Source of the DNA: Octopus sinensis
Lineage: Eukaryota
DNA: 56,536 bases
Assembly: GCF_006345805.1 (NCBI RefSeq)
Contig: NW_021834009.1
Location: 1-56,536 of the forward strand
Direction: 5' to 3'
Position 1 is the stretch's first letter. Every line of letters begins with the position of its first letter. Of this stretch, positions 1 to 12,321 are shown in pieces. The notes below the pieces were generated by a model. That model was given only the letters and a program-made list of their open reading frames with translations, had not been told where the DNA came from and did not search any database. A program made the position numbers and the translations under genes.

Positions 1-866
1 AATTTTAAACTCTCCTAAATTTGAAATAAATTTTGCCAAAATTCCAATATTTCAGTTTAGAAGGAAATAAAGAAATAATAAAGAAAAAATAAAGAAGAAA
101 ATCTCTAAGCAAAACAGAATATTACTATGAAGAAATAAAGAACAAGACAAAACATTTCATATTTTGTCGAAAATATTTCACTTCTCTATCTTTTGTAAGA
201 AACTAAGATGGACATGCTATTTCCGAAATTTCACCATTGAGTTCTCATACTTAAGAAGACAGGAATTCATGGTAAAGACACTGGAACAATGTTATAAGAG
301 TGGTAGAATGATTTAGAAGCAGCTTGGTTGTATTGAAGTGCAAAGTGTTTCTTTCGAGTTGGCTATTTCCGAAACTCGACATGTTTCAGGGAATATAAAA
401 TCGAAATGGAAGCTACTTATAATTCTTCGCTGCAGAGAAATTTCATGAAAACATCTTTTAGTTTTGAGTCTTGCAGAATACAGATAAGCTCATTAATTTA
501 CGCATCACCTGAATACAAAGCGAATCGAATGGAAAGCTAAAGAGATGGATTGATAGAGAAGAGAGGAGTGTGAGACAGCTGTGTCTTTGAATGAGCGAAC
601 GTCAAATAGCGAATGCGCGCATACGAATGTGTGTGTATTGCATGTATGTGACTCGGGGGTGGGTGCACGCACGAGTGTGTGTTTGTGAGTGTGTGTGTAA
701 TCAAGCTACAGAATAGGAGACCTGATTGCAGGCGAAACACTCCTAGATAACATAGAATTGTTATGGCATTTATTACACGAAATGTTACTTTAACAGATAC
801 CCACCCATATTGTTAAGTGACTAAATGGTAAAAGCAAGCTATTCGAACATTCGTGGAAGACTAACT

Positions 867-916
<50 letters not shown>

Positions 917-1052
917 ATATAGAGGGGAAGGATGATTTGATGCGTGTGAGTGCGCGCACGTGGTTTTTAGACAAAGAGGAACATCGCAAGACATTTACTT
1001 TGTTCAACCGAGGCATAAAAACGGACATACACAAACACACATACGCATTCAT

Positions 1053-1083
<31 letters not shown>

Positions 1084-1152
1084 AGTATATATATTTACAT
1101 ATATATATATACATATATGTATACATGCACACACACATACATATATATGAAA

Positions 1153-2804
1153 CTAGCAGAGATACTCGGCGTTGCCCTTGTAACATGAAATTGAATAATT
1201 AGACTTTTTCAAAATTTTTTTTCTCTAATGAACTGGAATACCTATGATGAATTTCATCAAAATTGCGGATGAAGAATTTTAATGAGGGTTCTTTCTCTCT
1301 TTACACACCCTAAAAAAAAATTCTAATCATGACACATTTATCCCATACTACTCATCTTTACGCCCAGATTCCAAAATCCAAATCTTATGGAACCTATTCA
1401 AAGGTTTTGCTCCTGAAAAATGGAGCTCATAGAGCTCTAAAATGTGGGAGTTAAGTTCCCTATTGGGGAGAAGAGTGTCTTAAAGTCCACCAGAGAAGTT
1501 GAATTGTTGGGAATCCTTTTAACTTGGGTTTTATAGCTATTGTTCATATTTCTTTGAAATCGGAAATATATGTATGTGAACTGGGTTTGTAAAAGAGAGC
1601 AAAACTAGAGGAAACCAAAAAACGAATGATCACAATAAGCAGTCAGCTACCCTATCCTAGTCGTTACCACTCCCCAACGTAGGATTCCTCACCATACAGG
1701 TGACGGGCACAACCGTAAGATGCATTACGGATCTAAAGCAATTGGAAGAGCGTGGGGAAATGGAGTTTGCCAATGATCACTATGCCGATAGGTAACTGGA
1801 CAGAATAAATTTGCAATCGATAAATCTCTTTGAATAACCAGTCACTTATCTGGGAAGGCCTTGAAATCAATGTTACCATCTGGGGACTATCTCTGACCCA
1901 GTGAGGATAAAAAGACTCAAAGGAAGTCTGCAACCAAATAACTTTATACGACACTTTGCACCTGAATCAGTGGAGGTAAAAATGCCTCTCCTTTACTTGA
2001 CAATTTCTGCACCACATTGCAGAAATCACTAAGTATACATCAAAGCAAACTCTTACACTGTTGTACCATTGAATTACAAATAACGCTCATCTTTTATGCT
2101 TGGGTAACCCTACAGCTTCCAAGAGTACAATTCTATCTGTCTTGGCTTGGGGAAAATCACTAAGCTGTGGGAGTTAAGCCCATATTCAGGGGTGTAACTG
2201 ACTTCTAAGAAGTTGAAATTTTAGAAATATTACTTCATTTGAGTCTGTGGTTAAAATTTCATCAACAGCAGAAATATATGAATTTTCATGGGGGTTATGG
2301 CCACATTGATGCACCCTTACTTTCAAACATATACTGCATTATATCTGTCCTTATGCAAAGAACATAATTTCCAAATTTCCTAAATATCCATTCAGGAATT
2401 TTGAGGCAGTTTTGGATCATAAAAAAATGACTAAAATTTGGGAGTTAAGGCTCCCATTAGGGGGTCTTAGAATCCTCATGAGAAGGGGAAACATTGGGAA
2501 TACTTCTTCATGTGTGTCAATTAACTATTAACATCGGAAATTTATGAAATTAAGCCACCTCAAATTCAGACCAAACATAATGCATTATACCCGCCCTTCT
2601 GCATTAAATCTAAGTTCCAAATATCAGAGGGATCCACTCAGTAATTTTGGTCCATGAACTTGTATGAAACATACAGCATTACTCTTCGCCCTTGGCTTGG
2701 ATTTTGTATTCCAAATTTCATTATGGTCTGTGCAGTAGTTTTCGAATCTGTAAGTAACACACGAACACACATCACATAAGGAAAATTGACTTTTATAGTA
2801 TGGA
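1153..2804 (-). mobile_element. Non-autonomous Helitron, apparently both ends present
   Basis: Minus strand begins TCCATACTATAAAAGTC...TGTGTGTTCGTGTGTTAC...ATGAAATTTGG, the layout of invertebrate Helitron 5' ends. It ends GGGCAACGCCGAGTATCTCTG-CTAG|T (GGC-AAC-GCC mini-hairpin, CTAG terminus followed by T). Internal motif TGGGAGTTAAG occurs at 1445, 2168 and 2439. The base before the 5' TC is T rather than the canonical A. Confidence 0.75.
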
Positions 2805-2949
2805 ATATGCACATATACACATATGTATATGTGTGTGTGCGCGCGTATGTGTGTATTATATATATATACACACGCACACAGAAAGATAGAGAGATAGATA
2901 CAATTTATGTGTGTATATATTTGTGAGTGTGTGTGTGTGTGTGTGTGTC

Positions 2950-3110
2950 GGCATTTCTTCCGACTTTTCACTCCGAGACTTAAAACCGTCGAGATCGACT
3001 CTTTCATCCTTTCAAAGCGATAAAATATGAACTGGTCAAGCACTGGATTGATGACGTAATCGACTAACCTCTCCTCAAACCTGCTGACTTTGTACCAAAA
3101 ATTAAGGATC
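2950..3110 (+). mobile_element. SINE family A, degenerate fragment
   Basis: Diverged match to the unit at 12370-12553 (GTCGA..CTTTCATCCTTTC..GATAAAATA..ACTGG..TAATCGACT). Confidence 0.65.
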
Positions 3111-3155
<45 letters not shown>

Positions 3156-3236
3156 GTTATCATTATTATTATTATCATCATCATTATTATCATTGTTGTT
3201 GTTGTTATTATGATTATTATTGTTGTTGTTGTTATT
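3110..3236. repeat. (TAT/CAT/TGT)n trinucleotide microsatellite
   Basis: Directly visible. Confidence 0.95.
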
Positions 3237-3683
3237 AAATAGTAACTGCTTGCGATTCTAATTACATGTTATGTACTCTTTGAACCGAAATGAACGTCAT
3301 TAAATGAATGTAAATGGAATAGAAAATGGTTGACTAAATGAACGAATTAACATTCTGAATGTAATTAAGGATGGAGAGCAAGGAAAAAGAGTGCTATAAT
3401 AAAAAGCAATGATATGTAAATCATAAACAAAAGTGTATATATGTAAATAAAATGCGTTTTCGTCCGCATGGATTAGCATACGAAGAGCAGAACCGATGGC
3501 CTACATAAAAACTGGCAGAATGCACGGGTTAAAAATCATTTCTGACGCGAGACTTAAACTGAATAATTGCAACCGAGTGGACTCTGTTAGAGGCCCACAA
3601 ACGGTACACCACTGCTAACGATATGTTGAATGCAATGAAGTCTAACCTTGCATTCATATATATATATATATATATATATATGA

Positions 3684-4025
3684 GGAAGCACTCCGTCGGT
3701 TACGACGACGAGGGTTCCGGTTGATCCGATCAACGGAACAGCCTGCTCGTGAAATTAACGTGTAAGTGGCTGAGCACTCCACAGACACGTGTACCCTTAA
3801 CGTAGTTCTCGGGGATATTCAGCGTGACACAGAGAGTGACAAGGCCGGCCCTTTGAAATACAGGTACAACAGAAACAGGAAGTAAGTGAGAGAAAGTTGT
3901 GGCGAAAGAGTACAGCAGGGATCACCACCATCCCCTGCCGGAGCCTCACAACGCCCGGTCTGGGAATCGAAACCGCGATCCTACGACCGCGAGTCCGCTG
4001 CCCTAACCACTGGCCATTGCGCCTC

Positions 4026-4027
<2 letters not shown>
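3684..4027 (-). mobile_element. tRNA-derived SINE family C (octopus OR-type-like)
   Basis: Minus head GGAGGCGCAATGGCCAGTGGTTAGGGCAGCGGACTCGCGGTCGTAGGATCGCGGTTTCGATTCCCAG with pol III A/B boxes. Near-identical to 27229-27610 but lacking a ~35 bp internal segment. Confidence 0.9.
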
Positions 4028-4272
<245 letters not shown>

Positions 4273-4344
4273 GAAAATGTTCGGTACAAAAGTTTTGTTT
4301 TCCACGTGGGAAATTTATGTTTTCCCGAGGCATAAACTCGTAAG

Positions 4345-4558
4345 ACCGGTTTCCCGTATCCTTTGGCGTATATATCCCCCGCTTTCTACGAGAGACAGTC
4401 CATCGGAGGATTACTACTTTTTACCAGCCGAGTGAACTGTAAACAACAGAAATTAAGTATTTTGCTCAAGAACACAACGCGAGGCCCAACTCTGGAATCG
4501 AAACTGTACTCGTACGTTCATGAGTACAGCAACATAACTCCTAAGCCACGCGCTTACA
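4345..4558 (-). mobile_element. tRNA-derived SINE family D/E (CORE-like body)
   Basis: Shares CAGC(T/C)GAGTG(G/A)ACTG..CAAC..GAAAT..AGT.TTTGCTCAAGAACACAACGC with 14100-14285, 43432-43755 and 49270-49330, and has a degenerate tRNA-like head. Confidence 0.7.
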
Positions 4559-5146
4559 CATATACATACCAATAAATATTACAAACATTTGTGTGTATAT
4601 GAATATATGTATATATGTATCAATATGTATCTAAACATACATGTGTATGTATTTAAGTATGTATGTATGTATTTATGTATGTATGTATTTATGTATTTAT
4701 GTATGTATGTATGTACATACATGGAAGCATACATTTTTACATGCACATAGAAAAAGTGCATATATTTTAATGTTTTACAACCAAGTAACTGTAATGTCTA
4801 CTATTAAGATATAAGTGCCATATATATATATATATATATAATATATATATATAATATATATATATTATATAAGTGAAACAAGCATAGCTTTAGCGACATC
4901 AGATACAGATGGGCCGGATGTTGCTGCAGAAGCTGTCGTCTGCAGTTTTTCTAAACGACAACAGACAGCAGGCACACATTTGGACACATGGTAATGGGGA
5001 GAGAGAGAGAAAGAGAGATAGAGGGATGGGGAGGAGGAAGGGAGGGAGGGAGTAAAGAGAGAAAAGAAAGAGAGGGAGAGAAAGAGGAAGGAGCAGGAAA
5101 GAGAGCTGAGCTGACAGCCTGGATGGATTGAGATAATCGAACGGAA

Positions 5147-5262
5147 AATGACGTCATTGGACTAATGCTATCATACACACATACGCTCACGCGCACGCAC
5201 TCATACACACACACACTTGCTCATACATACAACATACAGCACATATGTGCTGGTGTATAAAA
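5147..5262 (+). promoter_or_regulatory. Candidate regulatory cluster (CRE, CCAAT, E-box palindrome, TATA-like)
   Basis: AATGACGTCATT (5147-5158), ATTGG (5156-5160), 16-bp palindrome CAGCACATATGTGCTG (5237-5252), TATAAAA (5256-5262). Motif evidence only. Confidence 0.3.
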
Positions 5263-5569
5263 TATTGCATGTTTATTTAGTTGGATCGATATATCTACTC
5301 TGTATGATAGCTGCATACACAATATATTTTGTTCGTAAAGGAGGCTTGCAGTCTCGTTCACCTGCATGCAGCATGTCGTAACATAGAAATCACCAAAATT
5401 TTAAACAGGGTTAGATGTAGAGATGGTGTGTGTGTGTGTGTGTGTGGTGATGCAGTTTGGCACATGCATATATAGTGTTCAGTATTATTTATTATTATGA
5501 ATAAACACATGTTTAGAGATGAATAGAGTAAAAGAGGAAACAGATTCTTCTTCACATTACAGAGCTAAC

Positions 5570-5613
<44 letters not shown>

Positions 5614-6106
5614 CACACACACAAATATATATATATACAAACGTGCGCGCGTGTGCATGTGTGAATGCAATGCACATCTGTGTCTGTGTGCGTATGTATG
5701 TTTGCGTGTTTAGTATATATAATATATATGCATAGATAAATATATTTTGTGCATAATATATATATAGATAGATATGCGTAGATAAACATATATACTTACA
5801 TAACACATACGTATACTTCTAACCGTGATGCTATTTATATCAATACTCTGAGTGAGTGCATAAATGGATTGAGAGGTGGAAACTCATTGATTGCTATCAG
5901 CCGAATAAATTATAAACTTATTCTTTAGTATATGGATTTAAGTATTATCTCCCAATCAATTATTGATTATAATCAGAAACGTATGTGTATAATATATATT
6001 TATATGCAACGTATATAAATGCATACATACATAACATAACATACATAACATAACATACATACATACATACATACATACATACATACATACATACATACAT
6101 ACAACA

Positions 6107-6140
<34 letters not shown>

Positions 6141-6366
6141 CATGCGTGCATGCAGAAAGACAGACAGATAGACATAGACGCTCACTGTGTATAAAATTTA
6201 CCGGAAGCAGTAACTGCACAGATTTTTTCTCCATGATCTGTGTTCCCGCCATTCGAGTGATTATGAATTCTAGAACATTAAACCTTGGTATATAGAGCTG
6301 TAGAGATAATAATGAATTATATATGTCAGTGCAATAAACTTATGGATATATGTGTATTCATATGGA

Positions 6367-6495
6367 AACTAGAAAAGCACTCGGAGAGCGCAGACCTCCG
6401 CCAAGCAGCTCATTTCCACCCATATACACGCATGCTGAAAATCGCCCAATTTCCCAAACCAAAGCTGGCAAAAACATAACCTCCTTGGCGGGGGT
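6367..6495 (+). mobile_element. Short HINE/Helentron-like non-autonomous element
   Basis: Starts AACTAG. Subterminal ACCTCCGCCAAG (6394-6405) is inverse-complementary (1 mismatch) to terminal CTTGGCGGGGGT (6484-6495). Confidence 0.55.
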
Positions 6496-6750
6496 AAAAA
6501 AAAAAAATTAACACAGCCGTATGATTTTAAGAAAAAAAAACCCTTTAAAAACAGGAATCATCTGAAGCAGTTCACAACCACCAACATCATCAGCAGCATT
6601 GTCATTGCTTCCACTTCAACCACAGACACCGCCATCAATGTTATCATGACGGTTACCTTGACAGTCACTTTCACCACCACAACCAGTATAACCACTGCAA
6701 TATCACCATCACACAACTAACACTATCATCAACACCACTATTACCTTTTT

Positions 6751-6905
6751 TTTTTACTACCCACAAGGGGCTAAACACAGAGGGGACAAACAAGGACAGA
6801 CAAACGGATTAAGTCGCTTATATCGACCACAGTGCGTAACTAGTACTTATTTAATCGACCCCGAAAGGATGAAAGGCAAAGTCAACCTCGGCGGAATTTG
6901 AACTC
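6751..6905 (-). mobile_element. SINE family A 3' part
   Basis: Reverse complement of the 12370-12553 unit, inserted in a CAC/CAT-rich degenerate repeat. Confidence 0.9.
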
Positions 6906-7127
6906 ACCACTATTACCACCATCACCTCAGCATCACACATCACTCCGCTCCTGTTGCCATAATAACCACCAATACTAGTTTATCCTCCGCCCATACTTAT
7001 CTTGACCATCGTCATCATCAACACTGTCTCTAAACAACAACGCCACCATAGGTTACGTGGAAACGATGTGTTTTCAAGGGAGATAATCAAAGAATGTAAG
7101 ATTGTAATACTTCATGTAAAGTAAATA

Positions 7128-7332
7128 TAACAAAGGAAAAATCCTTCCAGAATCCATAAAAATTCCCGGATCACTACCGAAATTTCATCATCTGTTTCGT
7201 GTGTCATTACCAACTCTTTTTGCGACTTTCATCAAATACCGTTCATAACGTTTTGAGTTATTTTGCACAGAGACAGACAGACGGACAAACCAACGCCAAT
7301 GAAAACATAACCTCCTTCCTTGGCGAAGGTAA
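7128..7332 (+). mobile_element. 3' end of the HINE-like family seen at 6367-6495
   Basis: Ends AAAACATAACCTCCTTCCTTGGCGAAGGTAA (terminal hairpin), with an internal CAGACAGACGGACA microsatellite typical of DINE/HINE elements. Confidence 0.55.
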
Positions 7333-7825
7333 CAGTATAAATGTGTATATATGCAAAAATGTAAAAATGATATTTACGCAGACAGCTGATCGTAAGTACA
7401 AAGGCAATGGATGTGGAAGCGAAATAACTTGTAGTAATTAAAGTATCTATAAAATTAACGGTAAAAAATAGGTTAGTATTTCAATTTTTGTGTATTTTGC
7501 CGTTTCCTATAAGCCACTTGAAGACGAATCGCTACTTCAATTAGCTATACGGAAGTTCGTAATTGCAAAGTAAGGACTTCAAAGGATGCCTGTAGTAAGT
7601 GAACTATTCGTGAACGTTCATTTAATTCTTTTTCAACTTGAAATATTATCAATATTATCTCATTTAAACAGAGCTTGCAGCGCAGATTTGAAAGGAATCA
7701 ACCATATATATATAAAATATCATCAAAGATCAACTAGATTTTATGTTCAAAAGATCATGTTTCTATTAAGTATTTGGAATAGCTTGCACCAAATTTTTCT
7801 TGGCATTTCTGAAAATTATGGATAT

Positions 7826-8186
7826 AGGCTCAGGTGTGGTTGTCAATGAAAAGTTTGCTTCCCACCTACCTGTTTCCAGGTTCAGTCCCACTGCGTTGCA
7901 ACTTGGGCAAGTATATCCTACTATACCATTGCGCCAACCAAAGCCTTATGAATGCATTTAGTAGCTGAAACTAAGAAAAGCCCGCCGTATATATGTGTGT
8001 GTCTCTGTGTCTCTTTGTCCTCCACCACCGCTTGGCAACTGCTGTTGGCGTATTTACATCCCCGCAATCTAGCAACTCTGGAAAAGAAATCGATAGAATA
8101 AGTAACAGGCTTTAAGAAATGCGTATTAAGGTTGATTCATTCTTCAAAGCAGCGTCCCAGTATGGCTGCAGTTTAATGTTTGAAAC
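7826..8186 (+). mobile_element. SINE family B, diverged
   Basis: Colinear with 10341-10760 (GTTCAGTCCCACTGCG..TTGGGCAAGT..ACCAAAGCCTT..GATAGAATAAGT). Confidence 0.85.
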
Positions 8187-9513
8187 AAGAAGAGAGAAAA
8201 AATGCTTTTAAAAACGAGCATTAAAGCAGTTTTCATTTAAACCGATATAATTTACGGTGGAGGCATCTTATTTCTGGGCTTGACTTTCGCGCAAAAGATT
8301 GAACATTGGAAAGATTGAATTACTCTTAAGGGACAATGCAGTTTCAAATAATGGGTTAGGTCTAAATTTTTATTGTTGAAAAAGTTTTGGAGCTAAAATG
8401 GTTAGTAGTTTTTGCAACAATTTTATAACATAGATAGCTTTCCTTAAGAGTATTACTATTTAAATCTAATTAAATTATAATAGATACCTATCGGGAAATA
8501 AAAGCTACTTTCAAAAAGTCTTTGGCAATAAGATTTCGAACATGTAAACTTCACAGTTGTACCTACACTTTTCCTCCTCCCAGCCTATTTGAACTAGCAT
8601 TTTCATACCATTCTCATAGTGTCTTCAATTCTGTCGCTTAATAAATAAACACCTGTGTTTTCTTACGCGGGTAGTGTTAACCTGTAGCGTTAATCAACGT
8701 ACTCCAGTAGACCCACGCTATTGACAGAATCTCTTCACATTTAACTCAAATGCACTTGACTACAGACAAAGTTCCTTATTTATGACCTTTGATTTACCCA
8801 CTCTGTCTCTTTAACGAACTATACATGGAAACTTACGAAATCATTTTTCTGATCATGTGACTGCTTTTATCTTTCCTAATCCTTCTTTCTCCTTACTTTC
8901 GAAAGCGACAAAATTCTGCGTCTTGCGTGACTTCTTTCTTTCTTGTAATACATGGCCAAACACCTTTACCTATTCCCGTTCTGTATATTACTTGTTTCGT
9001 CATCTCAAACAGCACGCTAATAACTAGCGCCATAGTGCAATTGCCTGTCACTGACTACTTTCGTTACAAGCCAAGCAACGTTATATATTTTGTTCAACGT
9101 AAATTTTGTAATTCAGGACATATTGGTAAAAACGGGTGTCATTCGGGTAACGGCCTTAGTGAACACATTGAACGCCTTCGTTATACCCAAGAAATTTCCA
9201 AACTTATTTTTAAACTTTAATATGCCTGGATTTTTCTTACACTCTTTAAGTGCTGAGTTACGTTATGAACTTCAACCTTAAATCAAACTAGAATAAATTT
9301 ATCATTATTGGCGCCTCTTTCTTTTCCACCTCCAAGCATCAACGAATATTTCACTTTTAGCAAACCCATCACTTTTAGTAAAGCCGTTACATCGACCATT
9401 TTCTTCACATCCAGCCATATGACAGTTAATATTACTGCTCCGCCAAACTCCATATATACATATGTACTTTCTATATTGGTTTTAATATTTCAAGATTTAT
9501 CGATCCATTGATG

Positions 9514-9568
<55 letters not shown>

Positions 9569-9574
9569 TACATA

Positions 9575-9627
9575 TTATTATTATCATTATTATTATCATT
9601 ATTATTATCATTATTATTATAATTTTA

Positions 9628-9679
<52 letters not shown>

Positions 9680-9735
9680 GTCATCATCATCATTATTGCT
9701 GTTGCTGTTATTGCTGTTGTTGTGGTGGTGGTTGT
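9575..9735. repeat. (TAT)n/(TGT)n microsatellite
   Basis: Directly visible. Confidence 0.95.
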
Positions 9736-9781
9736 TATCTTTACTTATATTTCATTCTGTTTATTTTTGGTTTCTTTGCAG

Positions 9782-9787
9782 GAACAG
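9782..9787 (+). other. Candidate 6-nt microexon GAACAG
   Basis: ttcattctgtttatttttggtttctttgcag|GAACAG|gtaaga: strong acceptor and donor 6 nt apart. Confidence 0.3.
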
Positions 9788-9870
9788 GTAAGACATGAAT
9801 TATTGTACAGAAATTATGGTAACGTAAGAATTCTCCTCTCTCTCTCTCCATCTATCTATATATCTAACTA

Positions 9871-9928
<58 letters not shown>

Positions 9929-10340
9929 TATCTATCTAACTATCTATCTATCTATCTATCTTCCTCTTTACCACTCTCTTCTAATGCATGTTTTGCGATG
10001 TATACCTTTTGTTAATATGTATTTAAATTTCTCATTTTTTCCTTTCCTCATTTATTACATGATCTCTACAATAGCATATTTATATCTTACATATAACAAA
10101 TTGCAATATGTGTCCTGTCGGTCATGCTGTAGAAGGAGACTAAAATAACAAACACAGTCAGAGATGCTAAATGCAAGCGAACTTTAGTAAAAGGTTTTGC
10201 TCTGAAGTCACTGATATTTGGATTAAAATAAAATTGTAATGTTTTATCGTTAATCTATATTAAGTTTATCAGTTTCACATACATCTATCTATTAATAGAT
10301 ACATGAAGTTAGATACTAAAGTCTTTTGTTTTCAAAGTAT

Positions 10341-10760
10341 ATGGCTGTGTGGTAAGTAGCTTGCTAACCAACCACATGGTTCCGGGTTCAGTCCCACTGC
10401 GTGGCATCTTGGGCAAGTGTCTTCTGCTATAGCCCCGGGCCGACCAATGCCTTGTGAGTGGATTTGGTAGACGGAAACTGAAAGAAGCCTGTCGTATATA
10501 TGTATATATATGTATGTATGTATGTGTGGTGTGTGTGTTTGTGTGTCTGTGTTTGTCCCCCTAGCGTTGCTTGACAACCGATGCTGGTGTGTTTATGTCC
10601 CCGTTACTTAGCGGTTCGGCAAAAGAGACCGATAGAATAAGTACTGGGCTTACAAAAGAGAATAAGTCCCGGGGTCGAGTTGCTCGATTAAAGGCGGTGC
10701 TCCAGCATGGCCGCAGTCAAATGACTGAAACAAGTAAAAGAGTAAAAGAGAGTAAAGAGT
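10341..10760 (+). mobile_element. tRNA-derived SINE family B, near full length
   Basis: Head GGCTGTGTGGTAAG...GGTTCAGTCCCACTGCG, internal (TG)n and tail (AAGAGTA)n. More than 10 copies in the window. Confidence 0.92.
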
Positions 10761-10778
10761 ATATATATATATATATAT

Positions 10779-11037
10779 CACGTGATCCCGTTATCAGATG
10801 TTTTAGCCTTCGAATGGCGCCACACCGCTGGCTAAGCGAGTAGGCCAACAGAAGAAAGAGTGAGAGAAAGTTGTGGCGAAAGAGCACAGCAGGGATCGCC
10901 ACCACTCCCTGCAGGAGCATCGTGGAGCTTTTAGGTGTTTTCGCTCAATAAACACTCACAATGCCTGATCTGGGAATCGAAACCGCAATCCTACGACCGC
11001 GAGTCCTCTGCCCTAACCACTGGGCCATTGCGCCTCC
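10779..11037 (-). mobile_element. SINE family C variant (same head, different tail)
   Basis: Head matches 3960-4027. The tail CACGTGATC..TCAGATG..TTAGCC..CCGCTGGCTA differs and recurs at 49141-49260. Confidence 0.85.
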
Positions 11038-11079
11038 ACACACACACACAATATATATATACATATATATATAACTCTT

Positions 11080-11123
<44 letters not shown>

Positions 11124-11264
11124 CATATATACATACATACATACATAATACATACATACATAATACATACATACATACATACATATATATATATACATAC
11201 ATTGTGTGTGTGTGTGTGTGTGTATAAATATATATCTCATCCCCCGAAATTGTGACAAAATTTG

Positions 11265-11396
11265 AAACCATTATTATATATTATTATTATTATTATATCA
11301 CCATTATTATTATTATTATCACCATTATTATATATTATTATTATTTATTAATTATTATTATTATTGTTATTATTATTATCCATTATTATTATTATA

Positions 11397-11464
<68 letters not shown>

Positions 11465-11641
11465 CATTATTATTATTATTATTATTATTATCACCATTAT
11501 ATTATTATATTATTATTATCACCATTATTATCACCATTATTATTATTATTATCACCATTATTATTATTATTATTATTATCACCATTATCTTATTATTATT
11601 ATTATCACCATTATTATCACCATTATTATTATTATTATCAC

Positions 11642-11690
<49 letters not shown>

Positions 11691-11840
11691 GTTATTATTA
11701 TCACCATTATTATTATTATTATTATTATTATCACCATTATTATTATTATTATCACCATTATTATTATTATTATTATTATTATATTAATATTATTATTATT
11801 ATTGTTATTATTATTATCACCATTATTATTATTATTATTG

Positions 11841-11871
<31 letters not shown>

Positions 11872-11880
11872 CATCATCAT
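11265..11880. repeat. ~610 bp (TAT)n array with periodic CAC-CAT interruptions
   Basis: Directly visible. Source of the poly-Y/I/N ORFs. Confidence 0.98.
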
Positions 11881-12321
11881 CATCCAGCATCTCATTCTCA
11901 ACGTTTCTTTATACTATATTCTTTCTTTATGTACACTCTAGATATTTGTGTTCTGTTATAATATATTCGTAATCCCCTCTTAAAAGCGACACATCTGTTT
12001 CCCTTTCTTTTCCCATGACCTGTTTTTTTTTCCATTGGCAATTCTTCAATTCTGTTACTAGATATAATTGTATCCATATATCTGCTTCAAATTCAGCATG
12101 TATTCCGTTCTTTAAAAAACTTTCTTTATCAAAATTATGCACCCAATAAATAATGAGGCAAAAACTAATATATTGAACCCTTTCATTCAATTTCACTATT
12201 TAAATGAGTTATTCTTTTTTGATGGTTTCAGTGCCATTCATATCAATTACTTAACGTTCCAATAGTGAGCACCACTCTTTTATTCAATGAAAGCATAGGT
12301 GAAACATACATTCTCTTGCCA

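Noticed and set aside
216-508. Strong minus acceptor at 508 and direct repeat GCTATTTCCGAAA (216, 362)
   Set aside because: All frames stop within ~17 codons and no convincing donor was found. It could be a UTR exon but cannot be supported.
3955-4027. tRNA-like sequence (also 10965-11037 and 27540-27610)
   Set aside because: It is a SINE head: no proper acceptor stem, and it is followed by the SINE body in multiple copies
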